Part shown: positions 56,504-64,000 of the stretch, one piece after another
Numbering within the stretch: position 1 is the first letter of the stretch
How the letters are laid out: each line of letters begins with the position of its first letter
Source of the DNA: Eledone cirrhosa
Taxonomy: Eukaryota
DNA length: 64,000 bases
Direction of reading: 5' to 3'
NCBI GenBank assembly: GCA_964016885.1
Contig: OZ024748.1
Location: 21,762,001-21,826,000, forward strand
Made by a program: the position numbers and the translations under genes
The notes under the pieces: generated by a model
Seen by the model: only the letters and a program-made list of their open reading frames with translations
Databases searched by the model: none
Told to the model about the DNA's origin: nothing

Positions 56504-57689
56504 GTGTGTGTGTGTGTGTATACACGGTCGGAATTTTTACGCTTTTATAGTTTCGATCACCAGAAAAATGAATTATCTGAATGCATACATTCACACACAC
56601 ACACACACACACGTGTGTGCGTGTTTAACTGTACATGCATGTGCGTGCGTGTGTGTGTGTGTGTGTGTGCATGGTAGTAAAACGTTAAGATGAATCAAAC
56701 ATCTGAGAGAAGGAAGGCAGTGAGGATGTTTTGGTTCAGTTTTATACTGTATAGCAGTGGTTGTTGTCGGAGTGGGATTTAAGCAACATCCAGTAGCACA
56801 TTCACATTCATATGGGAAGGGGTAACAAGACAGACAGGTGAATGACATTCTTTCCCTCACTACCAACCAACCTCCCTCCCCTAGCGCTTTTCTGAGCCTT
56901 TCTCAATAGTGATGCATTTATTAATGAACGGTCCTTCTCTGTGTGTGTGTGTTTATATGTGTCATAGGTGTTTGAATTAAATAAATCTTTACATCTTAAA
57001 GGACATATTATGATATAATTCTTTATTATCTGTTCTTGGTGGTGGTGTGCGATGTGATATTTTTTTTTTTTTTTTTAATATTAACAGGTCGTGTGTATGT
57101 ATGTTATGTTGGAATATCGGCGGCATAGTTTAATGTTGGGTGTAGTCAGTGCGTGTTTGTGTATGTGTGTGCGTTGTGTGTGTAGTTGTGGCGTATGAAT
57201 GAATTGAATGAGGTAGCCAGCCGTTATATTGACTGACTATGGCTGCTTTAGTGAGGTTCTTTTCTACTAGCATACACACAGCATTTGCAACGTACACCCC
57301 CCCCCTTGTTTTTTTCTTTCTTTGTCTCCCTTGTTTCCCCTCTCTCCTTCCCTTTGTCTCTCTCGTTCCTCCTCTCTCTTTATTTTTCTCTATCGTTCTA
57401 TCTCCACCCCATTTAGGTATCTTTCTGTTTTTTTATTCTCCATAATCTAAACAGATAATATAGATATCTAATGCGGCCCTAGTTAAGTTTTCTGAATTAC
57501 TTTTCAGAATGTCTGAAATAACCCCGTTATAGTAGAAAGCAAAATGGGGGAAAGAAATATTATTCAGGTGAATAAGCGACGAAAGAGCGACAGAGATAAA
57601 TTGTTTTGATAGGAAATATAAGAGACCCATTCTATGTTGTCATGTTATATTTGTTGTCATACCATCGACAATGCAATAATTACCATGAC

Positions 57690-57799
<110 letters not shown>

Positions 57800-57826
57800 G
57801 TGTGTGTGTATATATATATATATACA

Positions 57827-57869
<43 letters not shown>

Positions 57870-57935
57870 GTATATGTATGTTTGTGTATATAAATTATAT
57901 ATATATATATATATATACATGTGTGCGTGTATGTA

Positions 57936-57988
<53 letters not shown>

Positions 57989-58035
57989 TTTTTTACCTGT
58001 TCCAGCCATCTGGCTGAGGTCATGCTGGGGCGTTT

Positions 58036-58072
<37 letters not shown>

Positions 58073-58406
58073 TCGTTTTTGTATTTGTTTTGCAAAATTC
58101 CTTATCTGTAAACGTGTGTTGAAACAGATTTAAGTATATATGCATAATATATATATATATATATTGAATGTCACGTAAAGTATCCCCACTAATTTTCAAC
58201 ATCGCATGTAATAAATACGTAACCGAGGCAATTATAGATATTTTGAAATTTTTTTTCTGAAAAATTAATTTGACTTTTGTCCAAAGATCTAATGAACGGA
58301 CCACGTCCCAAATTATTTTCAACATCTGTTTACATAAAAGTCTTTGTTTATGAAATATCCGAATAAATTTAGATCATTTCTTTTTGTATACAAAATGTCT
58401 ATACAC

Positions 58407-58479
<73 letters not shown>

Positions 58480-58481
<2 letters not shown>

Positions 58482-58744
58482 ATATAGAAATGGCTTAAAA
58501 ATGGCTTTAAATTACTTTTACTCTGCTATGTATTGAGTACCTTACTTACTGTGGTTATCTCCGATTTAACCCGGGATCTATCTATCTATCTATATATATA
58601 TATATATATATATGAGATTGATGATTTCTAATGAATGAAACAGTTCTAGTCCTGTAGAATCTCATCTATATTAAAACTTTTATACTCTGCTATGTATTGA
58701 GTACCTTACTTACTGTGGTTACCTCCGATTCAACCCGGAATAAC

Positions 58745-58810
<66 letters not shown>

Positions 58811-58900
58811 AATGGCTTAAAAATGGCTTTAAATTACTTTTACTCTATGTATTGAGTACCTTACTTACTGTGGTTATCTCCGATTTAACCCGGGATCTAC
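58480..58900. mobile_element. Clustered ends of a (TA)n-associated repeat (family E), also at 20478-20625, 21665-21733 and 55910-56040
   Basis: Shared tgatgatttc....gaatgaaacagttctagtcctgtagaagccatttctatatt and gtattgagtaccttacttactgtggtta..ccgatt.aacccgg blocks. Confidence 0.7.
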
Positions 58901-58995
58901 ATATATATATATATATTGTCAGTACTTTAAATAAAGCCCTTATTGTACAGCCAACCATGTTACTCTTTCTTTAACTATATATATGTATATACATG

Positions 58996-59037
<42 letters not shown>

Positions 59038-59357
59038 TATATATATATATATATATATTGTGTGTGTGTTAGCTACAGTTAGGTAATTTCTGAAAATAAT
59101 ACACAGTTGACTCAGTCGGGAATACCGCCACATGTCTTAATATCTGAAGGATATTTATGGTTCTTATGATATTACGCAACATAGACACTCGTGTGTATAC
59201 CTTTCGTGAATGTGTATTTATGTATGTGAATATGAATACATCTACACGAATGTATATATGCGTGTGTGTGTATAAGGATCACCTATATGTGTATGTATGG
59301 TTAGCAACCTTGACTGTTTGTGTGTATGTATAATCATCACCATTTAACGTCCATGCT

Positions 59358-59414
<57 letters not shown>

Positions 59415-59416
<2 letters not shown>

Positions 59417-59670
59417 CGAAGGAAATGTGGTAAGGAACCAGATGGACCATAACACACCAGAGTACTCAATACTTAGGGTAGTAGAGTGGGTAATAGGAAA
59501 ATGTATGACCCCGACCGCAGAGCTCAAGCCGTTTCGACGGCTAATTAGCCGAAACGGCTTGAGCTCTGCCGTCCGGGTCATACTTGTTCCTATTACCCAC
59601 TCTACTGCCCTAAGTATTGAGTACTTTGGTGCGTTATGGTCCATCTGGTTCCTTACCACATTTCCTTCGT

Positions 59671-59671
<1 letters not shown>
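59415..59671. mobile_element. Spacer-less hairpin element between (TA)n tracts
   Basis: aacgaaggaaatgtggtaaggaacc...cggctaattagccg...ggttccttaccacatttccttcgtt; near-perfect palindrome. Confidence 0.8.
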
Positions 59672-59702
<31 letters not shown>

Positions 59703-60043
59703 TATACAATATATTATAAATGGAAACTATATTTATAAAACCATAATTATAGTTATAAATATAGTTTCCATTTATTAATATATTGAATATTTACTCCACA
59801 ATGCTGTTAAGTGCTTTATATCGGTTATAAAAATGTTTAAGCTTGTTGAATCCCAACAAATTAAATATAACCTCTGCATATATATATATATTATCACCGT
59901 TTTACGTCCATTTTTCCACGCTAGCATGGTTTGACGAGTTGTCCTGTTGAGGGTAATGTAGGTCAGGTGACCATGTCTTGCTAATACAGAACTAATTTTG
60001 GCTTCCTTAATACAGCTGCATACCATTCCTAACGCCAACCTCA

Positions 60044-60925
60044 TTTACAGTGTGGACTGAGTGCTTTTTGCTGTGTCACCATCTCGACCACTTTATAGTG
60101 TGGGCTGGGTGCTTTTTGCTGTGTCACCATCTCGACCACTTTACAGTGTGGACTGAGTGCTTTTTGCTGTGTCACCATCTCGACCACTTTATAGTGTGGG
60201 CTGGGTGCTTTTTGCTGTGTCACCATCTCGACCACTTTACAGTGTGGACTGAGTGCTTTTTGCTGTGTCACCATCTCGACCACTTTACAGTGTGGACTGA
60301 GTGCTTTTTGTTGGTGTCACCATCTCGACCACTTTACAGTGTGGACTGAGTGCTTTTTGCTGTGTCACCATCTCGACCACTTTACAGTGTGGGCTGGGTG
60401 CTTTTTGCTGTGACACCATCTCGACCACTTTACAGTGTGGGCTGGGTGCTTTTTGCTGTGTCACCATCTCGACCACTTTATAGTGTGGGCTGGGTGCTTT
60501 TTGCTGTGACACCATCTCGACCACTTTACAGTGTGGGCTGGGTGCTTTTTGCTGTGTCACCATCTCGACCACTTTATAGTGTGGGCTGGGTGCTTTTTGC
60601 TGTGACACCATCTCGACCACTTTATAGTGTGGGCTGGGTGCTTTTTGCTGTGACACCATCTCGACCACTTTATAGTGTGGGCTGGGTGCTTTTTGCTGTG
60701 ACACCATCTCAACCACTTTACAGTGTGGGCTGGGTGCTTTTTGCTGTGTCACCATCTCGACCACTTTACAGTGTGGGCTGGGTGCTTTTTGCTGTGTCAC
60801 CATCTCGACCACTTTACAGTGTGGGCTGGGTGCTTTTTGTTGTGTCACCATCTCGACCACTTTACAGTGTGGGCTGGGTGCTTTTTGTTGTGTCACCATC
60901 TCGACCACTTTACAGTGTGGGCTGG
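60044..60925. repeat. 48-bp minisatellite (tttacagtgtgggctgggtgctttttgctgtgtcaccatctcgaccac), ~18 copies, attached to a SINE/RTE tail at 59890-60045
   Basis: Direct reading; the unit matches the internal subrepeat of the SINEs at 19560-19670 and 49125-49230. Confidence 0.95.
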
Positions 60926-60959
60926 AGGCTTCACTGGATGTATACTTCAGCTTGTGTGG

Positions 60960-61290
60960 GATACGTGGGGTGGTGCATATGCTTCAGCTTCGGCCTGTGC
61001 CCATGGGAAGTCATGTCTTCTGTATTACTGCGTAACGCTAGAGATCTCAATCCTGTGTCACCACCTTTGAGAGGTGCAATTGGGTAAGATCTGCTTTTAT
61101 CACCTCATCCAAAGTCTATCTGGGTCTCCCCACTCCAAGGCTTCCATCGACTTTGAGCACTCTGCACCTTTTTATGCAGCTGTCATCCTTCATATGCATC
61201 ACATGTCAATACCAACCCAATACCTTCTCCTGCACACAACCTTTGATTCCTCTTATGCTTAGTTTCTTTCTCAGTTCGTTTAGCTAAGAA
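60960..61290 (-). mobile_element. Degenerate RTE LINE C-terminal fragment
   Basis: Minus-strand remnants like ELRKKLSIRGIK..RRYWVGIDM..KDDSCIKRCRVLKVDGSLGVGRPR, similar to 28700-28980. Confidence 0.65.
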
Positions 61291-62439
61291 TGCAGGCTTT
61301 ACATGCAGCAGTTCCACTGGGACAGTAAGCAGGAAACAAGTGCTATCAAATTCTGGGAAGGTTCGGTAGAAACAGTAGACTTATATATATATAATATATA
61401 ATATATATATATATATATATTAGAGAGAGAGAGAGGGAGGGCGGCTGTGTGTGTATATATATATATAATGTAGGCAACCTCGAATATATATACAAGGAGA
61501 AATAACAAATGTATATTCCACCCAATATGTATTCAACCCAAGATTAGATTTACCACCCAGTCATAGCAACCTTCCCTTTACTTTAAACAGACACCTTCCT
61601 CTTAGTCAATCAATTTGTAATGACCATTATTAATAAATCCCAGATGTTCCAATATATCTTATAATCACTTTTCAATACATTTAAACCAGCTATATCTGGC
61701 TAGAATTCTCTCACCTTTTTCTGTACAAACCGGTTGTAACTGGTCACTCATACTGATGTTAAGGTATTGTTCTTAAAATAAATATCAAAATCTCATAGAT
61801 TTGATATAATGTAAGATAAAGCCTTTGCTGCGAAAATGCCATAGTATATATAGAGTAATGTAAATGCTAAAAGGTTAAGGAAACTAAACATCATTATTGT
61901 TGACTACACTGGAACACTAGATTTATAATAATTTTGCCACATTTAAAATAATGTTGCTGTATCAAGATTGAAATCTGTTTGTGAGATGACTGCTTTATTC
62001 TCCTTCTGTCCATTCTTGGTTTATGTTGGTAAATTTTCAAGTTAAACCACTTATAATATCAAGATCATATTAATTTTAAAATGAAACATCAGTTAAGACA
62101 TTTTGCTTCCAACATAAGTTTCATTTCACGACTCCTCTTGTCTGAGAAGAGAAATTTTAATAAGAAAAGCCCATTTATCAGCATCATTATCTTTATCATC
62201 ATCATCTTTATGTCCATGTTTCTATGCTGGCATAGGTTGCACAGGATGTTTTGAGGCAATGTTTTACAGCCTTATGCCTTTCCTGATGACGACTGTTTTA
62301 GTTGCTTCTGAAAACCGAGATACACGTGGCCAGTTCAAAGCATGAATTTAACACCCCCTCTCTCCCCATATACCATTCTAACTATCATTGGCATCAGTAA
62401 ATCTTTGACTTCATTACCTACTATCCACTTATATAAAGT

Positions 62440-62710
62440 ATTGCTCAATATTTTCTTGAGAAGCACTACAAAATGTAGACCAGCAAACTACCTGTCATAT
62501 TGTCCAACATTTCCAGACTGGAGTACCACAGGGTTCCAGACTCTCACCTTATCTTTTCAGTCTATACTTATACACATTTGCCACACCTCCACAAAGCCTA
62601 CAGCCTTATTATATTCAGATGACCTCCTCCCCATTCACATCTTCTCACCATTCTCTAAATACTGCTGCACAAAATTTGAATCCTATGTAGATGACCTAAA
62701 AACACAGTTC
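62440..62710 (+). mobile_element. Degenerate CR1/L2-like RT fragment
   Basis: TGVPQGSRLSPYLF and YVDDLK in shifted frames. Confidence 0.55.
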
Positions 62711-64000
62711 TAAAACTACTTTCATTATCATATTTCTAATGAAACACATTGCCTATGATTTTCAAATAATTTCGAAAATAATCCTTAATTTGGTGGATTA
62801 AGCTTGTGTTTGGAACATACCTTAACAAAGGTTCTTACATAAAACTATGATAGAAAGCTATATAGAAATATATAGCTGTTGAAACAGCAGGAGCTCAGCC
62901 ATAGAGATCCTGAATCCTTCATATATATAAGCATATAAGCACTTTAAAATAAATAGATTTGTAGTGTAGAAGCAGGAGTCAGTTTTAGGTGGTTTCCTAT
63001 CAAAACATTTCAGAGTTTCTGGAACAAATTTTTCTACTTGATGACCATGAAAATTCTCTTTCCAAATTATCTCTTTGAGAATTTCAGTGCTTCTGTTTAT
63101 TATTATTGTTATTATTATTATTATTATTATTAAACATTTTTTTTATAGAGTTCACTGATGTTACTAATTCACTGTGTCAGTACGGTTTAGTATCAAATGC
63201 TTTCATTTCCATATATATCTATCTATCTAATATATATTTGTATTAAAATTAGTTTACTTTGCCTTGCAACCTCATGTTCAAAGTACACAAATAGCCATGA
63301 AAGACAATCAAAAACATTCAGCTTTGGTCTGAATATACTTCCTGGTGAGGATGATGTGATCTAGTTTATGTGAAGTATTGTGAAATATGTAATAGACAAT
63401 AGTGTGTTTGGAAAGCTGGTATAGTGGAGTTAGAAATATAAAGATAGTACTGGGAGTAAAAGGATAGCAAAATAGAATAAAATAATTTTTTTACCCAATT
63501 TATTTCTTCATGATATTTCAAGGTAAAAAATTTCTTATCAAATGATGAGAAATGAACGCTAGAAAAGTTTGGGAGAACGGAACATCTTTTTCTGTGTTCA
63601 TAGCTATCATATAAAATAACGGTATTTTAAACTTTTTCTGTAACCTTTTCGTCAGCATATTTCTCATGACACTGTCTATCTGTTTCAATTAATTTTGAAA
63701 ATAATAATAGATTTGAAGGAATACTTAACTTTTCCATTATTAACTTTTAACATCTTGTACCACATGAAACCTTATGATCAAGACAAAGCATCATTATGAC
63801 TGCATCATATTAAAAATTAAAGTCTCTAGTTTAGTTTACTGTAAATTTTCACAAATCTGTCCATTAGTGAAGATACTATAAACATGTGGAAGTAACAACC
63901 CCATTTTAAAATATTTTCTGCTAAATCATTACAAGATAAACTTATATTTGGAGTATTACATAAGAAAAGTTCTTTCATAAAATTATGAAAGAAGGTTTTA

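Noticed and set aside
60041-61087. VVEMVTQQKAPSPHCK repeat ORFs
   Set aside because: Translation of a SINE-derived 48-bp minisatellite.
61900-64000. Additional CFAP52 or other exons in the unique-looking AT-rich tail of the window
   Set aside because: The segments I translated gave no recognisable protein motif with proper splice sites.

Overview
Eukaryotic, AT-rich and microsatellite-laden genomic DNA. The SINE/LINE repertoire suggests an octopod cephalopod (inference). Two spliced host genes face each other tail-to-tail: a complete 4-exon ATG12 (+, 6367-11611, 124 aa) and the last 8 coding exons of CFAP52/WDR16 (-, 31856 to 14129; about 180 N-terminal aa not found in the window). The rest is repetitive: a near-full-length disabled RTE-clade LINE with a PHD-type finger, CR1 and R4/Dong fragments, tRNA-derived SINEs, mariner/pogo/hAT/piggyBac-type MITEs, a 13.6-kb 48-bp satellite ending in a 200-N gap, two minisatellites derived from retroelement ends, and ~6 kb of TA-based low complexity. 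The most interesting signal is several families of short, non-coding, fold-back elements that sit in (TA)n tracts and carry type I hammerhead ribozyme motifs, one family with compensatory base changes. They resemble non-autonomous Penelope-like/retrozyme-like elements. Most ORFs in the supplied track are microsatellite or satellite artefacts.
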